A DNA stretch of 64,000 bases from Aeromonadaceae bacterium (GTDB taxonomy: Bacteria; Pseudomonadota; Gammaproteobacteria; Enterobacterales; Aeromonadaceae). Numbering within the stretch: the first letter of the stretch is position 1; each line of letters starts with the position of its first letter. The DNA is taken from assembly GCA_041441555.1 (NCBI GenBank), contig JASDSW010000082.1, forward strand, positions 26,140 to 90,139. The letters are read 5' to 3'. Positions 10,484 to 18,487 of the stretch are shown here, piece by piece. The notes under the pieces were generated by a model that worked only from the letters and a program-made list of their open reading frames with translations, was not told the DNA's origin and ran no database searches. The position numbers were made by a program, and so were the translations under genes.

Positions 10484-11314
10484 ATGAAACTAAAACAGAA
10501 TCTACTCAGCCTAGCGTGCGTCAGCGTTCTTCTCAGCGGAGCGGCTTGGGCAGAGCCTATTGACACACTTCGCACCCGCACCGAGCAGCAAGTGGGAGTC
10601 ACCATCAGCCACTACAAATACGAAGAGCCGAACCTCATGTCTCTGGAGGCCATGAAGTTTGGCATCGACTACACCACAACGCTCACCGTTGATGACAGCT
10701 GGTTTATCCGGCTGGATGGTCGTTATGCCAATGGCGATGCCGATTATGAGAGCTCGGGAACCGGCTCGAACGACAATCTAACGGACTGGTACACCGAGAT
10801 CCGAGCGCTGTTCGGCACCGACTATACACTCAACGATTTCGTCTTGGCTCCCTACTCAGGACTTGGATACCGCTACCTATTCAATGATCTGCGCGGGGAT
10901 AGCAGCTCGGGCGCCATCGGCTACCGTCGGGAGAGTGAGTACTTCTATCTGCCGCTCGGTGTGATTCAACGAGTGGCACTCGATGAAGGCTCACAGCTGG
11001 AGAACAATCTGGAGTTCGACTACTTGCTACGCGGCCAGCAAACCAGCCACTTTGATGACCTAGCCGGTCATGGAAATTTTACCTACGGCGAAGAGATCAA
11101 GAGTCGGCAAAACCATGGCTATGGTCTTCGTGCCAGCAGCATGTATAAACAAGGAAACTGGTTGGTTGGTCCCTACCTGACCTACTGGGACATTGAGGAC
11201 TCCGAAACGGACAGCAGTATTGTCGGCATCGGGGGCAACTACTACCTCATGTCGGGTAAAGAGCCGGCGAACAACACGCTGGAGTATGGTCTCAAGGGGG
11301 CTTATCGCTTTTAA
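10484..11314 (+). CDS. Outer-membrane beta-barrel protein of unknown function
   Basis: Signal peptide ending AWA, Tyr/Gly-rich amphipathic strands, C-terminal YGLKGAYRF Bam signal. Confidence 0.75.
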   Translation: MKLKQNLLSLACVSVLLSGAAWAEPIDTLRTRTEQQVGVTISHYKYEEPNLMSLEAMKFGIDYTTTLTVDDSWFIRLDGRYANGDADYESSGTGSNDNLTDWYTEIRALFGTDYTLNDFVLAPYSGLGYRYLFNDLRGDSSSGAIGYRRESEYFYLPLGVIQRVALDEGSQLENNLEFDYLLRGQQTSHFDDLAGHGNFTYGEEIKSRQNHGYGLRASSMYKQGNWLVGPYLTYWDIEDSETDSSIVGIGGNYYLMSGKEPANNTLEYGLKGAYRF

Positions 11315-11406
11315 ACCATAGCCCGGAGTCTCTGCATGGCACTCCGGGCTCGATTTTTTAACCATCACCCGGGATTACCCCGAGAAATCCGCGACATCCC
11401 AAGCCC

Positions 11407-12102
11407 TCAGGGCAGCTCGAACAGCAGAATTTCGGCATCGGCAGAACCGCGCCGGATGCGAAGCTCAGACTCCTCCCAGACCGCCAGCCCGTCCCCCGCC
11501 GCCAGCGACTGGCCATCGATCTCGACACGACCGCGAACCCCCTGGATCCAGACCCGGCGTCCCGGCGCAATGGTCCATTCCGACTCCGGAAATTGGTCCG
11601 AGAAGGCACCACGCCACAACCGCATCGCTTGATAGATGCGCAACGAACCATCGACCGCCTCCGGTGAGAGGATCAACTGCCACCCATCGGCGGCATCGAA
11701 GCGCTGCTGGGCGTAGCGGGGAGTCAGCTTGGGAGTGTCCGGCTGGATCCAGATCTGATACAGGTGCAGCTCCTGATCCTTCCGGGGGTTGAACTCGGAG
11801 TGAGTAATGCCGGTTCCCGCACTCATGATCTGAAACTCGCCGGCGGCCACCTGAGTGACATTGCCCATGCTGTCGCGGTGCACCACGGCCCCGGACAGGA
11901 CGTAGGTCAGGATCTCCATCTCCTGGTGCGGGTGGGTTGGGAAGCCGCCGTCCGGCGCGATACGATCCTCATTGATGACGCGCAGCGCCGAAAAGCCCAT
12001 GTAGCGCGGATCGTAATAGTCGGCAAATGAAAAACTGTGGTCGCTCTGCAGCCAACCATGATTGGCATGGCCCCGTTCGTCCGCGGCGCGGAAATGTCGC
12101 AT
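11407..12102 (-). CDS. yhhW: Pirin family protein (YhhW-like)
   Basis: RGHANHGWL, FSFADYYDP, LRVINED, HPHQEMEI, SAGTGITHSE. Confidence 0.9.
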   Translation of the reverse strand: MRHFRAADERGHANHGWLQSDHSFSFADYYDPRYMGFSALRVINEDRIAPDGGFPTHPHQEMEILTYVLSGAVVHRDSMGNVTQVAAGEFQIMSAGTGITHSEFNPRKDQELHLYQIWIQPDTPKLTPRYAQQRFDAADGWQLILSPEAVDGSLRIYQAMRLWRGAFSDQFPESEWTIAPGRRVWIQGVRGRVEIDGQSLAAGDGLAVWEESELRIRRGSADAEILLFELP

Positions 12103-12251
12103 ACACCCTCCTAAGCAATGGCACTCTCGGTTTAGGCAGAGCATAGCGAACGGCGACCAGGAAAATAGCGCAAAAAATGCCGCTCCATCTCTCAACCAAT
12201 CGAAAGGATGAGCCTAGGAGCGGCAGAATGTGGTTGGCAATGACGAGCCGA

Positions 12252-12659
12252 CTAGCAGCGGGATTGTTGCCGAATGAAGCTTGCCATCTTGAGATCATCA
12301 TCCTGGATGTGACGGATGGCCCAGCCATGCAGACGCCCCGGCAACGCCTCCGACAAATGCAACTGGCCGTGTCGATACTGCTCCATCAGCCGTTCGCCAT
12401 TAAGCAGTATCTTGGTGTGCTCGGCCCGATGGGCCGGCAACTCCGGGAAGCCGAGCTCCTGCATCAGCCGCTCCTCACAGCGAAAATGCTCGCGCGTCAG
12501 CTCATGCAGTCGCAGCAAGCGCACCCAGAGCGCCTCTTCGCTGGCACCATCGGTCAAGGCCTGATCCAGCTCGTTCATCAAGCTAAACAACGATTGATGC
12601 TGGTGATCCACCACCGGGTGACCCGTCTCAAATTGCTCACTCCACTCAACCAGACTCAT
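12252..12659 (-). CDS. Single-domain bacteriohemerythrin
   Basis: W...GHPVVDHQH, HFRCEERLM, HRAEH, WAIRHIQDDD di-iron ligand pattern. Confidence 0.9.
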   Translation of the reverse strand: MSLVEWSEQFETGHPVVDHQHQSLFSLMNELDQALTDGASEEALWVRLLRLHELTREHFRCEERLMQELGFPELPAHRAEHTKILLNGERLMEQYRHGQLHLSEALPGRLHGWAIRHIQDDDLKMASFIRQQSRC

Positions 12660-12821
12660 AACTGTTTCCCTTCGTCATTCCTAATTTAGAGATTAGTTTC
12701 CCGAACGAACTCCTACCTAATAAATATCGCCATGCTCTCGAGCCGATCACGATTGCAGCCCCATGACCCTGCTCACAATCCATGTTCTAATAGCGGCGGA
12801 ATCACCAATCACGAGATGACT

Positions 12822-13145
12822 ATGGAACCGACACCACTGTTGAGCGTCGACGAGCTGCTCGATCACGCCTATGAAATTTTCCTCGAACTGGCCGCCGATA
12901 ACCTCAGCCCGGAGCAGATCGAGTGCTTCAACACCGAATTTGAGGAACGCGGCGCCCTCGGCGATTCGGCGCCTGAAGAGGACTGGCAAGAGTATGTGGA
13001 TTTCGAGGTAGATCCCGAACTGCACGTCGAGATCTGTGTCGGTCTGCTCAACGAAGATGAAGAGTTTGATCGTCTGTTCGCCCGCATGCTGTTGTCCCGC
13101 GATCCGGACAATCGGCAGTGCCAGATCCAGTGGCAGAGTCGCTGA
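12822..13145 (+). CDS. yciU: HI1450/YciU (DUF440) dsDNA-mimic protein
   Basis: Highly acidic; AYEIFLELAADNL, FEERGA, FARMLLSR. Confidence 0.85.
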   Translation: MEPTPLLSVDELLDHAYEIFLELAADNLSPEQIECFNTEFEERGALGDSAPEEDWQEYVDFEVDPELHVEICVGLLNEDEEFDRLFARMLLSRDPDNRQCQIQWQSR

Positions 13146-13256
13146 GTCACCGACCAACCACCACAGCTCCATCTCCCGCATAAACCTGCTATTCAGGTTC
13201 GGGTCACCCAGAGTATGCTGCAGCCAACATTTGGTTTGTGCTGCAGGATCCTGTTC

Positions 13257-13983
13257 ATGTACCACCTGGTCTTTGTCGAAGACGACCCGGAGCTGGGTCA
13301 GCTGATTGCCGATTTTCTCGCCCGTCACGAAATGTCGGTGCACATCGAGCCGCGAGGCGATACCGCGCTCCAGTGCATCGAGGAACGAAAACCCGATCTG
13401 GTCTTGCTGGACATCATGCTGCCAGGCGTCGATGGCCTGACACTGTGCCGCGACTTGCGCCCCCGTTTCACCGGCCTCATCGTCATGCTGACCGCACTGG
13501 ATAGTGACATGAACCAGATCCTCGGGCTGGAGCTGGGTGCCAATGATTACATTCTGAACCCCCCCCCCCTCGGTGCTCCTCGCGCGCCTGCGGGTCCAAC
13601 TGCGTCATCAACCGCTACAAATCACTCCGGAAACCAGTCGGCCGCTCATCAGCCAGCGCCAACTGAGCTTCGGTGAGCTGTCGATCGACCCTCAGAGTCG
13701 CGATGTCCGTCTGGCGAAACGTTCGATATCACTATCCACGGCGGACTTCGATCTGCTGTGGGAGCTGGCCTGTCACGCCGGGCAGGTGGTCAGTCGCGAG
13801 CACCTGTTCAAACTGCTGCGCGGGGTCGAATACGATGGACAGGATCGCAGCATGGATGTCGCCATCTCTCGTCTGCGGCGCAAACTCGGTGATGACTCGG
13901 GCGATCCACACCGCATCAAGACGGTACGCCATCGCGGTTACCTGTTTGCCCCCAACGCGTGGGAACCAGCCCTGGATGCCTAA
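13257..13983 (+). pseudogene. rstA: OmpR-family response regulator RstA, frameshifted at a C11 tract (real or sequencing artefact)
   Basis: Receiver half (VFVEDD, LLDIMLPG, DSDMNQILGLELGANDYIL) and winged-helix half (LSTADFDLLWELA, DRSMDVAISRLRRKL, IKTVRHRGYLF) lie in different frames joined at 13559-13569. Confidence 0.88.
13559..13569 (+). repeat. C11 homopolymer at the rstA frameshift
   Basis: ATTCTGAA-CCCCCCCCCCC-TCGGTG. Confidence 0.95.
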
Positions 13984-14030
13984 GTGCACGTCGCTGGCGT
14001 CATGACTGCCCCCTTATTGAGGCCATCATC

Positions 14031-15326
14031 ATGCGCAAGTTGTTTATCCAGTTTTACCTGTTGTTGATGAGTTGCTTTCTGGTCATGGCTCTGCTCATCG
14101 GCGGCGTCTACCGACTCACCGCCGAACGCGCGCTCGACAAGTCCCTCGATGATCTGATGCAAGGAGCCCTCTCCCTGCTACGCGGTGAGTTACGCCACAC
14201 GCCGCCGAAGCAGTGGGCCAGCAAGCTGGAACAGATTGATTCCCCCCTCTCCTTCGATATTTCGGTTCAGTCGCTGCAAGAGGCGCTGGCGAGAGTAGAA
14301 CCCTCGGCCAGGGGCCCCTTGGCCGAGGGCGACATCATCATGCTCGAGGAGCAGGATCGCTTCCTGCAACGGGTGCCACAGAGCAACTATGTGATGGTGG
14401 TCGGTCCCATTCCCTACCTCTCCTTCCTGCGGGAGTTGCGGCTGTTTGACTACCTGTTGCTCGCCATTCTCGGACTCTCGTTAGCCATCCCGGTTTTCTT
14501 ATGGATGCGTCCACATTGGCGCGATTTGCTGCGTCTGGAGCAAGCCGCCCATCGGTTTGGCGAAGGCAACCTGACCATCCGCAGTCATCTGTCTGCCGAT
14601 TCGGGACTCCATCGCCTGGGTACGGCGTTTGATCAGATGGCTGACAAACTACAGACCCTGATTGCCAGCCGCAAACAGCTCACCGACGGTATCGCCCATG
14701 AACTGCGTACTCCGTTGGTCAGGCTCCGTTATCGTCTGGAACTACTGGAATCGCTCCCCGAGCACATCCGTCAGGGCATCGAGCGGGATCTGGCCAATCT
14801 GGATGGGCTGATTGACGAGATGCTGATCTATGCCGATCTGGAACGCCCCGAACCCAAGCTGCAGCTGACAAACGTCGAGGTCATCGCCTGGCTCGAACAA
14901 CGGCGACAAGAGTGGCACCCCCTGGCCGGAGAGCTACGAATTGAGCTGCAACTCCCCCTCGCCCCATTGGTCTGGCAGGGAGACTCGCTCCTGCTGACCC
15001 GAGCTCTCGATAATCTGATTGGCAATGCACTGCGTTATGCCCAACGACAGATCCTCATCCGAGTGGGGCCGGAAGCCGGGCAAGCCTGTCTGAGCGTCGA
15101 AGACGATGGCCCCGGTATAGACCCTACGCAGTATGCTCAAGTCTTCGAGCCCTTCATTCGCCTGGATCCGAGTCGGGATCGCCACACAGGCGGTCATGGC
15201 CTGGGACTGGCCATCGTCGCTGGCGTGATGCGAGCACATGCCGGCCAGGTCACCCTCGGACGCAGCGCGCTGGGTGGCGCCTGTTTCACCCTGTCCTGGC
15301 CGCAAGAGCAGCCTGGCGGCTCGTGA
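14031..15326 (+). CDS. rstB: Sensor histidine kinase RstB
   Basis: MRKLFIQFYLLL start, WMRPHW, H-box IAHELRTPL, N/G boxes (NLIGNA, DDGPG, GHGLGL). Confidence 0.93.
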   Translation: MRKLFIQFYLLLMSCFLVMALLIGGVYRLTAERALDKSLDDLMQGALSLLRGELRHTPPKQWASKLEQIDSPLSFDISVQSLQEALARVEPSARGPLAEGDIIMLEEQDRFLQRVPQSNYVMVVGPIPYLSFLRELRLFDYLLLAILGLSLAIPVFLWMRPHWRDLLRLEQAAHRFGEGNLTIRSHLSADSGLHRLGTAFDQMADKLQTLIASRKQLTDGIAHELRTPLVRLRYRLELLESLPEHIRQGIERDLANLDGLIDEMLIYADLERPEPKLQLTNVEVIAWLEQRRQEWHPLAGELRIELQLPLAPLVWQGDSLLLTRALDNLIGNALRYAQRQILIRVGPEAGQACLSVEDDGPGIDPTQYAQVFEPFIRLDPSRDRHTGGHGLGLAIVAGVMRAHAGQVTLGRSALGGACFTLSWPQEQPGGS

Positions 15327-15343
15327 AGGGGAGCCTCGCCTCG

Positions 15344-15357
15344 TACATTTGGTTACA
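15344..15357 (+). promoter_or_regulatory. RstA box upstream of asr
   Basis: TACATTTGGTTACA matches the RstA consensus TACATNTNGTTACA; candidate -10 TAGCAT at 15400-15405. Confidence 0.85.
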
Positions 15358-15468
15358 ACTGGACACGCATGAACCACTGACCGAACAGCAGCCAAGACAT
15401 AGCATCTCTCCCAAGGCAGCGAACCCTCATCTGCCTCATAAAATCCCTGTTCATGTTGGAGATTTGCC

Positions 15469-15765
15469 ATGAAAAAACTGCTCACACTCACCATCGCCAC
15501 CCTGTTTGGTCTCAGCTCCGCCATCAGCATGGCCGCCACCACAGCGTCCACCCCGACCCACCAGGCTCCCGCGGCCACTAGTGTCAAACACAAGAAGCAC
15601 GTCGCCGCCAAACCGGCCGTCCAGAAGACCCAGGCCACGCAAACGACGCTCAAGCACAAGAAGCACGTCGCCGCCAAACCGGCCGTCCAGAAGACCCAGG
15701 CCACGCAAAAGAGCACCAAGCACAAGAAGCACGTCGCCGCCAGCTCATCCAAGGCCAAGGCCTGA
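15469..15765 (+). CDS. asr: Acid shock protein Asr-like periplasmic basic protein
   Basis: MKKLL...GLSSA signal peptide, Thr/Ala/Pro linker, repeated KHKKH...QKTQA units; RstA box upstream; ydgD downstream. Confidence 0.85.
   Translation: MKKLLTLTIATLFGLSSAISMAATTASTPTHQAPAATSVKHKKHVAAKPAVQKTQATQTTLKHKKHVAAKPAVQKTQATQKSTKHKKHVAASSSKAKA
15586..15741 (+). repeat. 66-bp tandem repeat (about 2.4 copies) within asr
   Basis: Units start at 15586, 15652 and 15718, encoding KHKKHVAAKPAVQKTQATQxxx. Confidence 0.95.
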
Positions 15766-15868
15766 GATACTCCGACTCGGCGACAGCGACAACCACATCC
15801 CGAGAGACGCCTGAGCGCCTCTCGGGAAAACTCGTTCAGCGGATCGACCCGATAGCCTGGAGTAACCT

Positions 15869-16585
15869 ATGTCTTCTAAACGCGGGGTTGGCGTGTGGTT
15901 GACCATCACACTGTTGGTGTCCACCCCACTGTGGGCTGCCCCCTCGCCCAGCGACGAGCAACAACTCCTGCTGTTCGGTCATGATGACCGTCACCCAGTC
16001 GCCCCGCAATGGGTGGTGAGCTCAGGCCATTGCTTCCTCACCCCCGATCACCATCAGCAAGCCGCCCTGCTCGTGCGGTTCGCCGGTCAGCCTAGTGCCA
16101 GCATGCAACCGGATCGGGTTCTTCTGCCCCGGGAACTGGCCGCCGGGCTCACCGCCGAGGGAGAGAGCTTCATCATCTCACCAGCCGCCAGCCGTTTGGA
16201 TATTGCCCTGCTGCATCTGCCCTCCGCCCCCCAAGGCATCACCCCCGTTCCCTTATGGTCTGGCGATCGACACAGTCTGCAACAGGCGTTACGGCAACAG
16301 GACTATTTGGTCAGCCAAGGCGGCTATCCACAAGACAGTCTGGAGACCTTGTTGGTACACAGCCGCTGCCAAATCAGGAACCTCACCACGCAGGGGATCC
16401 TGGAACACCGCTGCGATACGCTACCCGGTGATAGTGGCTCTCCCTTGCTGCTGCCCACGCGTCAGGGATGGCGTGTCATCGGCATTCAAAGCTCGGCTCC
16501 CGACCCAGCCAATCGCTGGCGTGCCGACAACTTGGCATTGGCGATCCCGACGGTGGCCCCACTGCTCAACCGCTGGATGGGCTAG
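15869..16585 (+). CDS. ydgD: Trypsin-like periplasmic serine protease YdgD, with apparent internal in-frame deletion
   Basis: FGHDDR, SSGHC, LDIALL, HRCDTLPGDSGSPL, QSSAP...RWRADN. Confidence 0.85.
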   Translation: MSSKRGVGVWLTITLLVSTPLWAAPSPSDEQQLLLFGHDDRHPVAPQWVVSSGHCFLTPDHHQQAALLVRFAGQPSASMQPDRVLLPRELAAGLTAEGESFIISPAASRLDIALLHLPSAPQGITPVPLWSGDRHSLQQALRQQDYLVSQGGYPQDSLETLLVHSRCQIRNLTTQGILEHRCDTLPGDSGSPLLLPTRQGWRVIGIQSSAPDPANRWRADNLALAIPTVAPLLNRWMG

Positions 16586-16677
16586 TCAATCCCCACGATC
16601 GTGATGTGGTTACTAGCTCACGAGGCGAAACTGTTGCCATACTCATCGCAGGTAATGCAGGCAACGAGGGGGCATCC

Positions 16678-17094
16678 ATGGCAACCATCATCGAGTGGAG
16701 CAATCAGCTGGTCATCAATCACCAGATCATCGATGAACAGCATCAGGAGATGATCGCGATGATCAATCGCCTGCATGACTGCATCGTCGAGCCGGGACAA
16801 AGAGCGAAATTCGCCGACCAACTGGAACAGCTGTGCAACTACACCATGGATCACTTCGCCACCGAAGAGGCACTGATGCAGCAGTTAAACTACCCGCATC
16901 TGGCTCGACACCATGAACAGCACATACAACTCAGTCGGCAGGCATTTGAATTGAACCAGCGTTTCGGCGGTGGCGAACAGCCGCTCACGACCGAGATCAC
17001 CGAGTCGCTGCGCGAATGGCTGTTGAATCACATTCAGGGGGAGGATCGGGAACTGGGGCTGTTTTTATTGCAAAAACGGGGAGAGCTCTCGTGA
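16678..17094 (+). CDS. Single-domain bacteriohemerythrin
   Basis: WSNQL..NHQIIDEQH, HFATEEALM, HHEQH, WLLNHIQGED. Confidence 0.9.
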   Translation: MATIIEWSNQLVINHQIIDEQHQEMIAMINRLHDCIVEPGQRAKFADQLEQLCNYTMDHFATEEALMQQLNYPHLARHHEQHIQLSRQAFELNQRFGGGEQPLTTEITESLREWLLNHIQGEDRELGLFLLQKRGELS

Positions 17095-17122
17095 ATCAAA
17101 GCCGCCTGCTGGCGGCCGTCAG

Positions 17123-17156
17123 CAAGAAGCCCGTCATCGACGGGCTTCTTGTTTTT
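17123..17156. terminator. Intrinsic terminator between convergent genes
   Basis: CAAGAAGCCCGTC-ATC-GACGGGCTTCTTG followed by TTTTT. Confidence 0.75.
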
Positions 17157-17172
17157 CCAGAGGAAACCAAAC

Positions 17173-17751
17173 TCACTTGGTCGTGGGCTGCGCGTTGATT
17201 TTCTGCATCTGCTGATGCATGCCATTGCGCAGTTCATCATGGCTCAGCTGACCATCGCCATTGCTATCGAGCGTCTTGAAATCCGGGGTATTGGCATTCA
17301 TCCGCGCTTGATGCTCCTGGCGCAGCGTCAACAGCTGCTGATACTCCTCGGCACTCAGAGTGCCATTCTGGTCGGCATCGGCCTGGCTGAAGAACGAAGC
17401 CTTCTCGGCGCCCGCACACCCCATCCCTCGACCATGCTGCCCGCCGCGATGGGACTTCATCGCCGCCCGCATCTCCTCTTGGGTCACATAGCCATCGCCA
17501 TCTTTGTCCAGGGTGGTGAATCCGGGACGAGCCGCCTGGCGTTTGGCCATCTCGGCCTCATGCAATTTCTGGAGTTGGGCAAACTCTTCAGCGCTGAGCT
17601 TGCCATCCTGATCCGCATCCGCCTGACTGAAGAGCGCGCCAGGGCGAGTGAGCCGCTGAGGTTGCGCGTTGGCGACATCAGCCGCCTGGCCAGCACTCAC
17701 CATCAACAGCAGGGCAGAGCCGATCACCGTTTTTTTCATCAAGGTATTCAT
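17173..17751 (-). CDS. Exported EF-hand calcium-binding protein
   Basis: Signal peptide; four loops DADQDGKLSAEE, DKDGDGYVTQEE, DADQNGTLSAEE, DSNGDGQLSHDE. Confidence 0.88.
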   Translation of the reverse strand: MNTLMKKTVIGSALLLMVSAGQAADVANAQPQRLTRPGALFSQADADQDGKLSAEEFAQLQKLHEAEMAKRQAARPGFTTLDKDGDGYVTQEEMRAAMKSHRGGQHGRGMGCAGAEKASFFSQADADQNGTLSAEEYQQLLTLRQEHQARMNANTPDFKTLDSNGDGQLSHDELRNGMHQQMQKINAQPTTK

Positions 17752-17852
17752 GTCATACAACTCCATCAGTGGGTACAGGTGAAGCATAAGCAAACCTTAT
17801 GGCTGAACTTTGTCGGCACCGAGGAGTATTGTGACAAATCGTGGCAGAGAGC

Positions 17853-18362
17853 CTAAGGGCGGATCTCGATGGGGGTGCCAGGCTCAACCAACTCCCACAG
17901 TTCTTCCATATCGTGATTCAGCAGAGCGATACAACCGTTGGTCCAATTCGAATTCTGCACCGCCCGTTGATCATCCGACGCATAGTTGGGCTGTCCGTGG
18001 ATCATCACCATGTTGCCCGGCTCAACCCCGAGAGTTTTGGCCCGATTCAGATCGTTCAGGTTCGGATAGGAGATGTGAAATGCCTTGTAATAACCCGACT
18101 GCTCCTTCTTGTAGTCGAGCAGATAGCGTCCCTCTGGAGTCCGTTTATCCCCTTGGCGCACCTTGGGCCCCTTGGGATTGGCCCCCAGCGCAATCCAATA
18201 ACGACGGATCGGTTTACCATCCTTCATCAGGGTCAAGCTGTACTGAGATTTTTTGACTACCACCAGGTCGGCTTTCATCTCAGCCTTCACCTGCGACGCC
18301 TGAACCTGCCCGGCTGCGAACCACAATCCCAACAACACAGGGACATAACACAACGCTTTCAT
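17853..18362 (-). CDS. L,D-transpeptidase (YkuD/YafK-like) family protein
   Basis: GDKRTPEGRY, HISYPN, MIHG...WTNGCIAL catalytic His/Cys. Confidence 0.9.
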   Translation of the reverse strand: MKALCYVPVLLGLWFAAGQVQASQVKAEMKADLVVVKKSQYSLTLMKDGKPIRRYWIALGANPKGPKVRQGDKRTPEGRYLLDYKKEQSGYYKAFHISYPNLNDLNRAKTLGVEPGNMVMIHGQPNYASDDQRAVQNSNWTNGCIALLNHDMEELWELVEPGTPIEIRP

Positions 18363-18487
18363 TCGTTCCCTCGGATCCTTCATCTATTCCTGAACGCAAC
18401 CCGACACCGAGCCTAAGCCCGTCATCGTCATGACGGCAGTCATCTTATGGATTTCTGCGCGTCATACAACCAATGCAAGCGCATTAT

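Noticed and set aside
15586-15741. Direct repeats resembling a mini CRISPR array
   Set aside because: In-frame coding repeats with only about 8 variable bases between units, no unique spacers and no cas genes.
14934-15758. 274-aa minus-strand ORF with repeated hydrophobic Cys-rich units
   Set aside because: Reverse complement of the asr repeats; the plus strand has the RBS, signal peptide and RstA box.
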